Shown piece by piece: positions 1 to 9,755 of a stretch of DNA of 64,000 bases. Under the pieces are notes generated by a model. The model ran no database searches, was not told where the DNA came from, and worked only from the letters and a program-made list of their open reading frames with translations. The number at the start of each line of letters is the position of its first letter. The stretch's first letter is position 1. Location: the NCBI GenBank assembly GCA_020636995.1, contig JACJWU010000003.1, forward strand, positions 153,108 through 217,107, written 5' to 3'. Source of the stretch: Actinomycetota bacterium. Its GTDB lineage: Bacteria; Actinomycetota; Actinomycetes; S36-B12; UBA10799. A program made the position numbers and the translations under genes.

Positions 1-2
1 TC

Positions 3-1193
3 GCGCGGCACTTCCCAGTTCTGGGATTCGACATCGACTGTGAGCGCGTCGATGAGCTGACACGCGGCACGGACCGGACACGGGAGGTTGCTGGGGAGGA
101 TCTCGGCGGCGTGCGATTCACGTGCGACCCCGAGGACCTACATCCCGCGAACGTCTATATCGTGGCCGTCCCCACACCGGTCGACGCCCACAAGCGTCCC
201 GACCTGCGACCGCTGCTGGAGGCCTCCCGAATCGTGGGCGAGTCGCTGCGCCCGGGTGACCTCGTGATCTATGAATCGACCGTCTACCCCGGATGCACGG
301 AGGAGGACTGCATCCCCCCGCTCGAACAGGTCTCAGGGTTGCGGCTGCACACGGACTTCGCCGTGGGGTATTCGCCGGAGCGCATCAACCCTGGAGACCG
401 CCAACGCAAACTGCCGGACGTGACGAAGATCGTCAGCGGATCCAGCCCAGAGACGACGGAACGGGTCGCCGAACTCTACGAACGGATCATCACCGCCGGC
501 GTCCACCGCGCACCCTCCATCCGGGTGGCGGAGGCGGCGAAAGTCATCGAGAACACCCAGCGCGACGTGAACATCGCCTTGGTGAACGAACTCGCCATCC
601 TGTTCAACGAGCTCGGGCTGAACACCTCTGACGTCCTGGAGGCGGCCGGCACGAAGTGGAACTTCCTGCCTTTCCGGCCAGGTCTTGTGGGCGGGCACTG
701 CATCGGGGTCGACCCGTACTACCTGACCCACAAGGCGATGGAAGTGGGTCACTACCCCGAGGTGATCCTGGCGGGGCGCAGGATCAACGATTCGATGGGC
801 TCGTACGTCGCGGACCAGTTGGTCCTGTTGATGACGCGGAAGGGCCTGCGGGTCGGGGGCGCACACATCCTCGTGCTGGGACTAACGTTCAAGGAGAACT
901 GCCCGGACACCAAGAACACCCGCGTCGTCGACGTGGTCGGCAGACTGCGGGAGTACGGCGCAGTCGTGGAGGTAGCGGACCCGTGGGTGGGCGCGGAGCA
1001 GGCCAAGGAACTCGGAGTGGATCTCGTCGATCTGGACTCGGTCTGGGGTCGCGAGTACCAGGCGGCGATGCTCGCAGTGGCGCACGACCAGTTCGCAGGG
1101 GTCGGACCAGCGCTCAGAGACCTGGTGGGGACCGAGGGCGTACTCTACGACGTCAAGGGGATGCTGGGGTCGGAGGCTGACGGGACGCTGTGA
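3..1193 (+). CDS. Nucleotide-sugar 6-dehydrogenase, UDP-N-acetylhexosamine dehydrogenase-like (TviB/WbpO type). The 5' end lies outside the window.
   Basis: The frame is open from nt 3 with no stop before the GTG at 111. The translation carries VYIVAVPTPVD, GGHCIGVDPYYL and HYPEVILAGRRIND, typical of the UDP-glucose/GDP-mannose dehydrogenase family. Confidence 0.85.
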   Translation, partial: ARHFPVLGFDIDCERVDELTRGTDRTREVAGEDLGGVRFTCDPEDLHPANVYIVAVPTPVDAHKRPDLRPLLEASRIVGESLRPGDLVIYESTVYPGCTEEDCIPPLEQVSGLRLHTDFAVGYSPERINPGDRQRKLPDVTKIVSGSSPETTERVAELYERIITAGVHRAPSIRVAEAAKVIENTQRDVNIALVNELAILFNELGLNTSDVLEAAGTKWNFLPFRPGLVGGHCIGVDPYYLTHKAMEVGHYPEVILAGRRINDSMGSYVADQLVLLMTRKGLRVGGAHILVLGLTFKENCPDTKNTRVVDVVGRLREYGAVVEVADPWVGAEQAKELGVDLVDLDSVWGREYQAAMLAVAHDQFAGVGPALRDLVGTEGVLYDVKGMLGSEADGTL

Positions 1194-2088
1194 ACCACTC
1201 GCAAGTCGCAGCCACACCGTCACGCAGCCCGATCCGGGGAGCCCACCCGAGGCCCTTCAGCCGGGAGACGTCGAGCAGTTTCCTCGGGGTCCCGTCCGGC
1301 TTGCTGGTGTCCCACTCGACACGGCCGTCGAATCCGACGACCTCCGCTACCAAGGCTGCAAGTTCCCGGATGCTGATGTCCTCGCCGGTACCAATGTTGA
1401 CGTGCTGATCGCCATCGTAGTGCTCGATGAGATGCAGGATCGCCGAGGCGGCATCGTCGCTGTGCAGGAACTCCCGGCGGGGAGTGCCGGTGCCCCAAAG
1501 AGTCACGACGTCGTCGGCGTCGTGAAACTTGCGGATCATGGCAGGCAGGACGTGGCTGGAGTTGAGGTCGAAGTTGTCCCCGGGTCCGTAGAGATTCGTG
1601 GGCATTACCGAGATCCAGCGCCTGTTGTACTGCTCCCGGTACGAATTCACCGCCTCGATCCCCGCGATCTTGGCTATGGCATAGGCCTGATTGGTCGGCT
1701 CCAGCGGTCCGGTGAGCAATGCGGACTCCGGGATCGGCTGCGGTGCGAGTTTCGGGTAGATGCAGCTCGAGCCCAGGAACACGACCCGCTCCACGTCGGC
1801 GGCGTGCGCGGCTTCGAAGAGGTTGGTCTGGATGCGCAGGTTGTCGTTGAGGAAGTCCACGGGGTGCGTGGCGTTGGCCATGATCCCGCCGACCAGGGCA
1901 GCCGCCATCACCATGACCTGTGGGCGGGCTGACAGGACAGCGTCGAAAGCGGCGTCACGGTTCCGCAGGTCGACCTCGGCCGAGGACCAGCCCACCGTCT
2001 CGATCTCGCGCTCAAGCAGGGCCCGCCAGACCGCAGAGCCGACGAGGCCGCGATGGCCCGCCACATAGACGAGGGAGTCACTGAGCAC
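1153..2088 (-). CDS. fcl: GDP-L-fucose synthase (GDP-4-keto-6-deoxymannose 3,5-epimerase/4-reductase)
   Basis: Only the C-terminal 311 aa of the 584-aa track ORF look real. They include [20 protein letters not shown] and YAIAKIAG (the SDR S/YxxxK motifs). The GTG start at 2088 was read from the sequence; the upstream part of the ORF is antisense to gmd. Confidence 0.9.
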   Translation of the reverse strand: MLSDSLVYVAGHRGLVGSAVWRALLEREIETVGWSSAEVDLRNRDAAFDAVLSARPQVMVMAAALVGGIMANATHPVDFLNDNLRIQTNLFEAAHAADVERVVFLGSSCIYPKLAPQPIPESALLTGPLEPTNQAYAIAKIAGIEAVNSYREQYNRRWISVMPTNLYGPGDNFDLNSSHVLPAMIRKFHDADDVVTLWGTGTPRREFLHSDDAASAILHLIEHYDGDQHVNIGTGEDISIRELAALVAEVVGFDGRVEWDTSKPDGTPRKLLDVSRLKGLGWAPRIGLRDGVAATCEWFTASRQPPTPASP

Positions 2089-2112
2089 GTTCTGACGATA
2101 ACGTTGGCCGCA

Positions 2113-3087
2113 ATGAAGACGGCTTTCATCACGGGAATCACCGGGCAGGACGGGTCCTACCTGGCCGAGTTGCTGTTGGACAAGGGCTACACCGTCCACG
2201 GCCTGATCCGTCGCGCCTCGACCTTCAACACCCACCGGATCGATCACCTGTACCAGGATCCGCACGATCCGGAGGCACGCCTGTTCCTCCACTACGGAGA
2301 CCTGACGGACTCGTCGCGCCTGACCACACTGCTGGAGAAGGTCGGGCCGGACGAGGTGTACCACCTGGCAGCGCAATCCCACGTGCGGGTCTCGTTCGAC
2401 GAGCCCGAGTACACCGGGGATGTGACCGGTCTGGGCACCACGCGCATCCTCGAGGCCATCCGCGCGGCCCAGGTGCCGGTCAAGTTCTACCAGGCTTCGA
2501 GCTCGGAGATGTTCGGGAGTACACCGCCGCCGCAGTCCGAGTCCAGCCCGCTGCAACCGCGCAGTCCCTACGCGGCGGCGAAGGTGTACTCGTACTGGAC
2601 CGCCCGCAACTACCGCGAGGCCTACGGGATGTTCTCGGTCAACGGAATCCTGTTCAACCACGAATCCCCCCGCCGGGGTGAGACCTTCGTGAGCCGGAAG
2701 ATCTCGATGGCCGCCGCCCGGATCGCCGCCGGGGAGCAGCAACACCTCTACCTGGGCAATCTCGATGCCCGGCGGGACTGGGGGTATGCGAAGGAGTACG
2801 TGGAGGCGATGTGGCTGATGCTGCAGGCCGACGAACCTGCCGACTACGTGGTCGCGACGGGGACCGCGTATTCGGTGCGGGACTTCCTCGGCTTCGCGTT
2901 CGGTCACGTGGGGCTCGATTGGGAGAAGTACGTGCGTTTCGATGAGCGCTACCTGCGGCCCACCGAGGTGGATGAGTTGGTCGGCGACCCCAGCAAGGTG
3001 CAGGAGAAGCTCGGGTGGAAGGCGCAGACGATGGTGCCGGAGCTGGCGCGGTTGATGGTGGATGCAGACATGGAATTGCTGCGATGA
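2113..3087 (+). CDS. gmd: GDP-mannose 4,6-dehydratase
   Basis: The protein begins [22 protein letters not shown] and continues with further GMD-typical sequence. ATG at 2113. Divergent from fcl, with only 24 nt between the two start codons. Confidence 0.92.
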   Translation: MKTAFITGITGQDGSYLAELLLDKGYTVHGLIRRASTFNTHRIDHLYQDPHDPEARLFLHYGDLTDSSRLTTLLEKVGPDEVYHLAAQSHVRVSFDEPEYTGDVTGLGTTRILEAIRAAQVPVKFYQASSSEMFGSTPPPQSESSPLQPRSPYAAAKVYSYWTARNYREAYGMFSVNGILFNHESPRRGETFVSRKISMAAARIAAGEQQHLYLGNLDARRDWGYAKEYVEAMWLMLQADEPADYVVATGTAYSVRDFLGFAFGHVGLDWEKYVRFDERYLRPTEVDELVGDPSKVQEKLGWKAQTMVPELARLMVDADMELLR

Positions 3088-3806
3088 TCATGCTCAGCGG
3101 GCGGGGGCTGCGATCCTCGGTTCGCCGCGCTTACGCGAGGTGCAAGCCCGCGGCCTGGCGCACCACCCAGGAGGCCTATCTCCTTGCCGGACATGATGAC
3201 CTGCTGATCGAGAACCTGGGCCTGTCCACCGACTCCGTCGTGATTGAGGTTGGGGGGTATCAGGGCGCCTACGTCGCCGCCATCATCGAACGCTACGGGT
3301 GCACCGTCCACGTCTTCGAACCGGTGGACGACTTCTATGCGCAGTTGTGCCAACGGTTCGGGACGGACCCCCGCATCAGACTGCATCCCTACGGTCTGGC
3401 TGCCGTGGACGCGAAAACAACCTTCCAGTTGGCCGCTGACGCCACGGGCGGGAGCAGTTCCGGCGGCCGCACCGTTCCTGTGCAACTGCGCGCGGTCGCG
3501 ACCGTCATCAACGAGCTGCCCCCCAGCGTGGACGTGATGACGATCAATATCGAGGGTGCGGAGTACGAGGTGCTGCGCGCCATGGCAGAGGCGGGCATCC
3601 TGTCCCGTGTGCAACGGCTTCATGTCCAGTTCCATGACGTGGGGACCTCGACATCAACCTCGTTGGAGGAATGCCGCGCACTCCTGTCAGCCACCCACCA
3701 ACAGGCATGGTGCTTCGACATGGTGTGGGAGTGCTGGCAGCGGACGCCCGATGCCCCTCTACGCGAAATAGGGGCGAAGTCTGTCGTCGGACAGGACGAC
3801 CTCTAA
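3084..3806 (+). CDS. FkbM-family SAM-dependent methyltransferase
   Basis: Motifs [17 protein letters not shown] and [11 protein letters not shown]. The ATG at 3084 overlaps the gmd stop as ATGA. Confidence 0.75.
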   Translation: MIMLSGRGLRSSVRRAYARCKPAAWRTTQEAYLLAGHDDLLIENLGLSTDSVVIEVGGYQGAYVAAIIERYGCTVHVFEPVDDFYAQLCQRFGTDPRIRLHPYGLAAVDAKTTFQLAADATGGSSSGGRTVPVQLRAVATVINELPPSVDVMTINIEGAEYEVLRAMAEAGILSRVQRLHVQFHDVGTSTSTSLEECRALLSATHQQAWCFDMVWECWQRTPDAPLREIGAKSVVGQDDL

Positions 3807-4424
3807 CACCAGATCGGAGTACTCCTGCCGAAAGGTAGACCGTTGGAGCTCGTAGTCCGGGTCGCTCGAGACCACTTGCGGATCATGCACCGTCCGCTCG
3901 CTCACATGGCCGCGGGTGACCTCTGCCTTCACGGACTCGAAACGGGAAGGGTCCCAGTCGACATGCAGGAATTCCACGACGACGTGCAGGGCGGCCGGCA
4001 GATCCTCGTACCGGACTACGGCCTTCCGGTGGGTGAAGTCCTCCTGCAGCAGCCACTTCCGAAGGTGTGACGCGTACCTGTCCGACCAAAGGCGCACCTG
4101 GTCGTCACCCGAAGCCTGCGCGTACTTGAGCATGCTGTACACCGTCTCGACAGGATCCCGGTAAAGGTAGATGACGTTCGAGGCGGAGAAGTCGAGATCC
4201 ACGTCATGGATGTGCATGAACAAGTAGTCGGTGTTGTCGTGCGGGTAGAAGGCGCGAACGAGAGTCGGGCGCTGGGCGTACTGTTCGCACATCATCCGAA
4301 GCCAGTGACTACCGGTTCGCGGAAAGCTCACGAGGTAGACGGCGTCGGAGCGGCGGCGATAGGCGTTGATCGCTCGTTTCGAGGCCAGGCGGGAGGGGCC
4401 AGGTTCCCTGAGCCGGGAGAACAT
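3759..4424 (-). CDS. PAPS-dependent sulfotransferase-domain protein
   Basis: It has a 5'-PSB-like SFPRTGSHWL and a 3'-PB-like IYLYRDPVETVYS. The start is uncertain (ATG at 4424 or 4442). Confidence 0.7.
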   Translation of the reverse strand: MFSRLREPGPSRLASKRAINAYRRRSDAVYLVSFPRTGSHWLRMMCEQYAQRPTLVRAFYPHDNTDYLFMHIHDVDLDFSASNVIYLYRDPVETVYSMLKYAQASGDDQVRLWSDRYASHLRKWLLQEDFTHRKAVVRYEDLPAALHVVVEFLHVDWDPSRFESVKAEVTRGHVSERTVHDPQVVSSDPDYELQRSTFRQEYSDLVLEVVLSDDRLRPYFA

Positions 4425-5508
4425 GATGCAGAACACTAGCATTCGCTACGGTCGACGAGTGCTCCCCTCGGTGCTGCTCATCAGCAACCAAACGAGCACC
4501 GCGCGCTGCCCAGGGGTGGTGGCGGCGCTGCAGGAACTGTCCGCCTCGTCCGAGATCGGCGACGTGAGCGTCATACATGCAGGCGTAGGTCGTGAGCCGG
4601 CTGGCATCCGCGCCGAGAGAGTGGTGCGGGAAGTCCGCGCGTCCAGCGCCGACATCCTGCTCGTGTTATCCCTGAAGGATGCTGTGTCGGACATGCCCGG
4701 CATGGCGCGGGCCATCGCCGGGCGCCCGGTTCTCTATTGGGAGGGGGACCCGTGGGGCCGTGGGAAGAGAGTCTCCGATGCGATGCACGCGTGGATGGAA
4801 CTGAGCGCGATCGTCTTCAGTGTGGGGGGCGAGCCGCAGTCCGGACTGCTGCGGCGGGTGGGAGCAGGTGACGTCCGCCTGATCGTCCACACGTACGACC
4901 ATGTCCTCTTCGCCGAGGCCGAGAGGAGTTTCGACTGGGGCGCTCCCTCAGCAAGCGCCGGTTTCGTCGGCAGCAACCTGATGCGCGCACCACTCATCAG
5001 CGGATTACCGGGGTCCTGGCAGCGGTTCACGCTCGTGCGGCGTGTGCGAAACTCCCTACCCGGCTTCGCAGTGGCAGGTCCCGGTTGGCCCCCGGGCTGG
5101 TCGCAGGGTGCCATCCCGTTCGCCGACCAGGTCCCCTTTCTGCGCTCGTGTCGGCTATTGACGAACTGGGATCATTACCCCGCCACGCGCGACTACACCA
5201 GTGACCGACTTGCAATCACGATGATCGCCGGACGAGCGCAGGTGTCCACCTTGCACCCTGGGATGGCGTGGATCCCCGCTGAGGACCAAGGCGTATTCAC
5301 GGAGGCTACCGTCACTGCCGCCGTCGATAGGACGATTGAACTCGCCGCGCTGCCGGACGCGACTCTGCGCGACCTGGGCGAGAGCGCACATGCCTGGGCC
5401 AGGTTCCGGATGAGCCACCGCAACGCCTACCGATACATGCTGTCGTCCCTGGTCGATTCGGTGGCAGCCCCGACCCAGGAACCCTGGAACAGGCTACCCA
5501 CGCCATGA
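4423..5508 (+). CDS. Putative GT-B-fold glycosyltransferase (CgeB/DUF3880-like), function unverified
   Basis: A 361-aa ORF with coding-like composition whose stop overlaps the next gene's start. The resemblance to CgeB-type glycosyltransferases is from memory only. Confidence 0.45.
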   Translation: MMQNTSIRYGRRVLPSVLLISNQTSTARCPGVVAALQELSASSEIGDVSVIHAGVGREPAGIRAERVVREVRASSADILLVLSLKDAVSDMPGMARAIAGRPVLYWEGDPWGRGKRVSDAMHAWMELSAIVFSVGGEPQSGLLRRVGAGDVRLIVHTYDHVLFAEAERSFDWGAPSASAGFVGSNLMRAPLISGLPGSWQRFTLVRRVRNSLPGFAVAGPGWPPGWSQGAIPFADQVPFLRSCRLLTNWDHYPATRDYTSDRLAITMIAGRAQVSTLHPGMAWIPAEDQGVFTEATVTAAVDRTIELAALPDATLRDLGESAHAWARFRMSHRNAYRYMLSSLVDSVAAPTQEPWNRLPTP

Positions 5509-6272
5509 AGCGCTCAGTCGTGCTGCTCATGGGCCGGTTGGGGAATCAACTCTTCCAATACTCCTTCGCCCGTTGGCTTGAGACTCAGGGACATCAGGTG
5601 CGCTTCGATGTCTCTTCGGTCCGTCGCGAAGGCGTGGCCGACCCCTTGCAGGCCGCCGTCACCGCCTCGTGTATCCGCACGAGCCGGTTCTGGCCCACCC
5701 CACTGGGCCGGTTCGGTGAAGTGGCCTCGTTGATGCGCAGAGGTCTCGGTCCCGGGGACGTCGTTCTGGACACCAGCACCACCGGAGCGCGATCGACCGG
5801 TTCCCCACTGCGCGGGGCATGGTGGGCCGGTTACTGGCAGCAGGAGCGTTTTGCGCGTGTGGCCAGGGACGAACTGGGCAGAATGTGCGCGGTTCCGGAC
5901 GAGCCACGGGCAGAAATCGCCGTCCATGTTCGCCGTGGCGACTTCGTGGACCTGACCATCTCACAAGACTCGCAGTGGTACGCGCGAGCCGTGAGGGAAG
6001 CGTCCCGGCGGATGCCGGGGGCGCCGGTACGTGTCGTCAGCGATGACCCGCAGTGGTGCCAGCAGGAACTGAACCTGCCGGATGTCCAGTACACAAAGGA
6101 TGCCTCCGTGATGGATGACTTCCGCACCCTGGCGCAATCACGCCTCGTCGTGGCTTCCGCCAGCACGTTCTCATGGTGGGCCTGTTACCTCGGCCAGCGG
6201 TCCTGCATCCATCCGCCCGACCCGGAACGCGCTGATCTCTGGAACGCTGTAAACGGGACCGTACTCGATTAG
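5505..6272 (+). CDS. GT11 alpha-1,2-fucosyltransferase
   Basis: N-terminal GRLGNQLFQY and HVRRGDF motifs are characteristic of family GT11. ATGA overlap with the upstream gene. Confidence 0.85.
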   Translation: MKRSVVLLMGRLGNQLFQYSFARWLETQGHQVRFDVSSVRREGVADPLQAAVTASCIRTSRFWPTPLGRFGEVASLMRRGLGPGDVVLDTSTTGARSTGSPLRGAWWAGYWQQERFARVARDELGRMCAVPDEPRAEIAVHVRRGDFVDLTISQDSQWYARAVREASRRMPGAPVRVVSDDPQWCQQELNLPDVQYTKDASVMDDFRTLAQSRLVVASASTFSWWACYLGQRSCIHPPDPERADLWNAVNGTVLD

Positions 6273-7717
6273 TCCCGCGCCAGCAGACGGTCCAATGCCG
6301 GCAGTCGGCGACGGGCCGCATATAGGCACCCTAGGTAGGCGACGGCGACGAGAGCGCACGCGGTGAGGGTGATGACGCGACCGGATCCGGCGATCAGCAG
6401 CCCCGGCAGGCACAGGGCTAGAGCAAGCACGAATGCAGTCGTCAGCAGCCTCCCAACGCGCCTACCCTGCAGAAGATCACGCCGGGCCGCAGTGATCAGG
6501 GTGACGAGCAGCCCCAACAGGGCCGACGCAACCATCCCCACACCCAGCCACAGCCAATTCCCGGTCAGGGCCACCCCCAAGGCCGCAGCTGCGAGAGCGG
6601 CGATCCGCCAGGCCTGAACCGTCCACAGGACTGGGAAGTTGTCGGTCGCCTCCAGTGCGGTGAAGAGGACCACGTTCACAGCGACGATGCATGCAGACAC
6701 CCACAGCCACGCCGCCATCTGTCCGGACAAGGACCAACCCGGCCCCAGGATCAAGGAAACGGCCGCGGGTACAGCAGGCAGGAAGGCCCCTGCCGTGGGC
6801 AACACCACGAATGCCGAGGCGACAACCATGTCGCTCCACAGCAGGTTCCGCTGCCGTGAACCCTCCCGCTCGCCTCGCATCACTGAGAAGAAGATCGTCG
6901 TCCAGGCACTGGTCGCCGACTCCACAGGTACCTGGGTCAGGCTGGTCGCCCTGTTCCAACTCCCCAGGGCACTCGGGCCGACCGATCTGGCAAGAACCAC
7001 CAACGGCACAGTTGTGGCAACGTACGTCAGGGCCGAATTGGTTGATGAGCGAAGGCTGAACACCACCTCACGTCTGGCGCCGGACACCCTCAAGGCAGGC
7101 ATCGCCTGGCCCTGCAGCAACGCCACGCCCAGTACGAGGGAGACGACCTGAACGGTGATGGGCATGACGACCAGCGACACCGCCGCACCGCTCTGCACGG
7201 CCATCACCCCGACGACGATGCCGGTGACCGTTGCTGTCGCCGTCACGAGGTTGTAGGCGGTTATCCGCCGCCGCCGGCGCAGTACGCCGAGCAGCACGCC
7301 GGCATAAGCCGATACGGGAAGAGTGAAGGCCAGCCACCGGATCATCGATGCAGATTGAGGTACGCCCCACAGCATGGCGATGGGCCCGGCGAGCAGCATC
7401 ACCACCAACATGAGTGCCGTGGCGATGAGTAGCGAAGCAGAAATGAGGGCGCGGCCCTGGTGGGGATCTTCGTCCAGACTGCGGGCAGATGCCTTCGTGG
7501 CGCCGCTGACCGCGAAGAGAGCGGCGATCGCGATGGTGGACATTGCCGCGGCATACGCGCCGAAGACCGCGGCGGGGAATGTGCGTGCGGTCACGCCCGC
7601 GTACACAAGTTGAAGCAGCATGCCCATCACCTGCACACCCCACACGGCGGCCACACCGGTGAGCAGGCCCCCGCGAGCGCTCCTGGAGGCGACAGTTCGC
7701 TTTTCCGGATCAGACAC
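6269..7717 (-). CDS. Polysaccharide flippase (Wzx / MOP superfamily)
   Basis: Polytopic membrane protein with about 12 hydrophobic segments, located in a glycan cluster. The GTG at 7717 overlaps the upstream stop by 8 nt; the ATG at 7801 is an alternative start. Confidence 0.7.
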   Translation of the reverse strand: MSDPEKRTVASRSARGGLLTGVAAVWGVQVMGMLLQLVYAGVTARTFPAAVFGAYAAAMSTIAIAALFAVSGATKASARSLDEDPHQGRALISASLLIATALMLVVMLLAGPIAMLWGVPQSASMIRWLAFTLPVSAYAGVLLGVLRRRRRITAYNLVTATATVTGIVVGVMAVQSGAAVSLVVMPITVQVVSLVLGVALLQGQAMPALRVSGARREVVFSLRSSTNSALTYVATTVPLVVLARSVGPSALGSWNRATSLTQVPVESATSAWTTIFFSVMRGEREGSRQRNLLWSDMVVASAFVVLPTAGAFLPAVPAAVSLILGPGWSLSGQMAAWLWVSACIVAVNVVLFTALEATDNFPVLWTVQAWRIAALAAAALGVALTGNWLWLGVGMVASALLGLLVTLITAARRDLLQGRRVGRLLTTAFVLALALCLPGLLIAGSGRVITLTACALVAVAYLGCLYAARRRLPALDRLLARD

Positions 7718-8804
7718 CCAGCCACCCCCGAACACCGGCAGCGAAGCGATCGGCCATCTCTTGGACCCCGTATCGGGTGGCGTCGGCCCGACAAGCCGCA
7801 CTCATCGTCGCCAGGCGGTCATGGTCGTGAAGCAAGGTGACGAGGTCGCGGGCGAAAGCGGAAGGCGAGGTCTGCCGGGGCACGAACACGCTCTGTCGCA
7901 CGCGGTCGAGGTAGTCGGCCTCGGGACCATGCCCGCAGTTCTCGCGCGTCACCACCGGACGTCCGGCCGCCAGTGCGTCCACGGCCACCAGGCCGACGGC
8001 GGAGGGCATCGCGATGACATCGCACGACGCGAGTACGAGCGCCTTGTCCCGACCTGTCATCCGCCCAACCGGCACAACGGGGATGCCTTCCGTACGTGCC
8101 TGCCGGACCTTTGCGGCTGATGGACCCTCTCCTGCGACCACCCAGCGGAAGTCCTCGTCGAGGCGTCCCGCGGCAGCAGCGGCCCGGAGGAGATAGTCAA
8201 CCCCTTTAGCCTCATCAAGACCTCCTACGAACAGGGCCGTTCTCCCCTGTGTCAGCCCCTGCCGGGCCCGGAACTCCTCAACATCGCTGGCGTCCAGTTC
8301 GTGGAGATGGCGAAGAAGTGACCGCGTATCGATACTGTTGTTCACCACGGTGACGCGCTGGGCAGGAAAGCCCGCCCTCGTCACCGCCTCGGCGACAGGC
8401 TGAGTGTAGGCGAAGAACCAGTCGGCACGACGCAACAGCAGACTCGTGTCCCAGCCGAGGTTCGCATGCCCCCACACCGCCAGCGGGCCACGGGTCACGA
8501 CCATGGGCCAGGTCTCAAGATTCTTGGCCGCGAACTCGGTGATCACCGCATCCGGACGCGAGCCGCGGTGGGGCATGGGTCGCCATCGGAGGCGATCACC
8601 TGTCAGTCGTCCCAAGCGGTCGGGCATGGCGATGGTCGCGACGGAGGTTCCCACCGCGTCGCCGCGTTCGGTGGTGTCACGCCCGAGGCCCAGCACGAGG
8701 TTCACTCCTAGTGCCCGCAGACGGGTGTCCAGTTCCTCGAAGAACGGGGCCCGGTACTCCGGTATGTATGACTGCACGACCAGCAGCGTGGTCATCGGGT
8801 CCAT
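7710..8804 (-). CDS. GT4 (group 1) glycosyltransferase
   Basis: GT-B C-terminal pattern (FVGGLDEAKGVDYLL and later MPSAVGLVAVDALAAGRPVV). Start is the ATG at 8804 or at 8795; the latter forms an ATGA overlap with the upstream stop. Confidence 0.8.
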   Translation of the reverse strand: MDPMTTLLVVQSYIPEYRAPFFEELDTRLRALGVNLVLGLGRDTTERGDAVGTSVATIAMPDRLGRLTGDRLRWRPMPHRGSRPDAVITEFAAKNLETWPMVVTRGPLAVWGHANLGWDTSLLLRRADWFFAYTQPVAEAVTRAGFPAQRVTVVNNSIDTRSLLRHLHELDASDVEEFRARQGLTQGRTALFVGGLDEAKGVDYLLRAAAAAGRLDEDFRWVVAGEGPSAAKVRQARTEGIPVVPVGRMTGRDKALVLASCDVIAMPSAVGLVAVDALAAGRPVVTRENCGHGPEADYLDRVRQSVFVPRQTSPSAFARDLVTLLHDHDRLATMSAACRADATRYGVQEMADRFAAGVRGWLGV

Positions 8805-9625
8805 CCCACGCGCCGACTCAGTTGGCTGACCTGACCAGTGGCAAACCACCACGGCCAACGCCAGTCGCCGTGCCTGCGCAGGAACTTCATCTGCGCGCGC
8901 CAGGGCAGACCCTTGGGTGAGTTGAGGTCGGCCCAAGCCCGGGGCAACGACATCCGCTGCTTGACACGCGGTCCCACGTCACAGACCCCGACGAAACCCG
9001 GGATCTGCAGAATGTGGATTCCCTGACCACGTGCTCGCAGACCGTAGTCCGTGTCAGCGTAGGCATGCGGGTAAGCGCCGTCGATCGGACCGACCACCTC
9101 CCTGACTGCGGCCGGCACGAGGACCGCATTGCCCTCGAAGGTGTCACACTCGAGCATGGTCCGCGGGGTCAGCAGCGGCCCCAGTCGCAGGGGATGGGGG
9201 CCGAGGCGACGACGGCCCCCGTAGGTGATCTCCTCGACATCGCTGGCCCGTGTGGCTCCGACAGCGATGGCACCGGGGTGTGCCCTCACCACAGCCATCA
9301 GCCGCGCCACCGCATCCTCGTAGAGCCGGGTATCGTCGTTGAGCCAGAGGTACGCGTATGGCTGGGTCCTGGCCGCCGCAGTGTCCGCGACCGACATCCC
9401 CCGCGCCCAGAAATAGTTGCCGTCGCCGTGAATCACAGTCACGGAGGGGAACTCTTTCGCCAGCGCCTCGGCGGTACCGTCTGTGGAGCCGTCGTCGACG
9501 AGGAAGACCCCCAGATCGAAGTCGCTGCCGCGGCCGGTCTGGCCGTCCAGCAGGCGCAGGCAGTCCAGCGTCGTCTCACGACGGTTGTGGACGGTCATCA
9601 GTACCGCCACTCGCTGCCTCGGCAC
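8792..9625 (-). CDS. GT2 glycosyltransferase
   Basis: N-terminal VAVLMTVHNRRETTLDCL and VDDGSTDGT, typical of the GT-A fold of family GT2. Confidence 0.85.
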   Translation of the reverse strand: MPRQRVAVLMTVHNRRETTLDCLRLLDGQTGRGSDFDLGVFLVDDGSTDGTAEALAKEFPSVTVIHGDGNYFWARGMSVADTAAARTQPYAYLWLNDDTRLYEDAVARLMAVVRAHPGAIAVGATRASDVEEITYGGRRRLGPHPLRLGPLLTPRTMLECDTFEGNAVLVPAAVREVVGPIDGAYPHAYADTDYGLRARGQGIHILQIPGFVGVCDVGPRVKQRMSLPRAWADLNSPKGLPWRAQMKFLRRHGDWRWPWWFATGQVSQLSRRVGWTR

Positions 9626-9755
9626 GAGGTCATGCTAAGCGCTGTCCGCCTCTGCACCGCGGGTCTCGCCCCATCGGCAGTCAGGGCATGGCCGGTCGTG
9701 CCCCCGGCGATGGAGTGCCGTTAGCCTCAAGAACACCTGGTGCAGAGGGGTAAGC

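Noticed and set aside
1153-2907. A 584-aa minus-strand ORF that would make fcl a much larger fusion protein.
   Set aside because: Only the last 311 codons resemble GDP-fucose synthase. The upstream 270 codons are Arg/Gly/His-rich, run antisense to the well-supported gmd gene, and are typical high-GC shadow reading frame.
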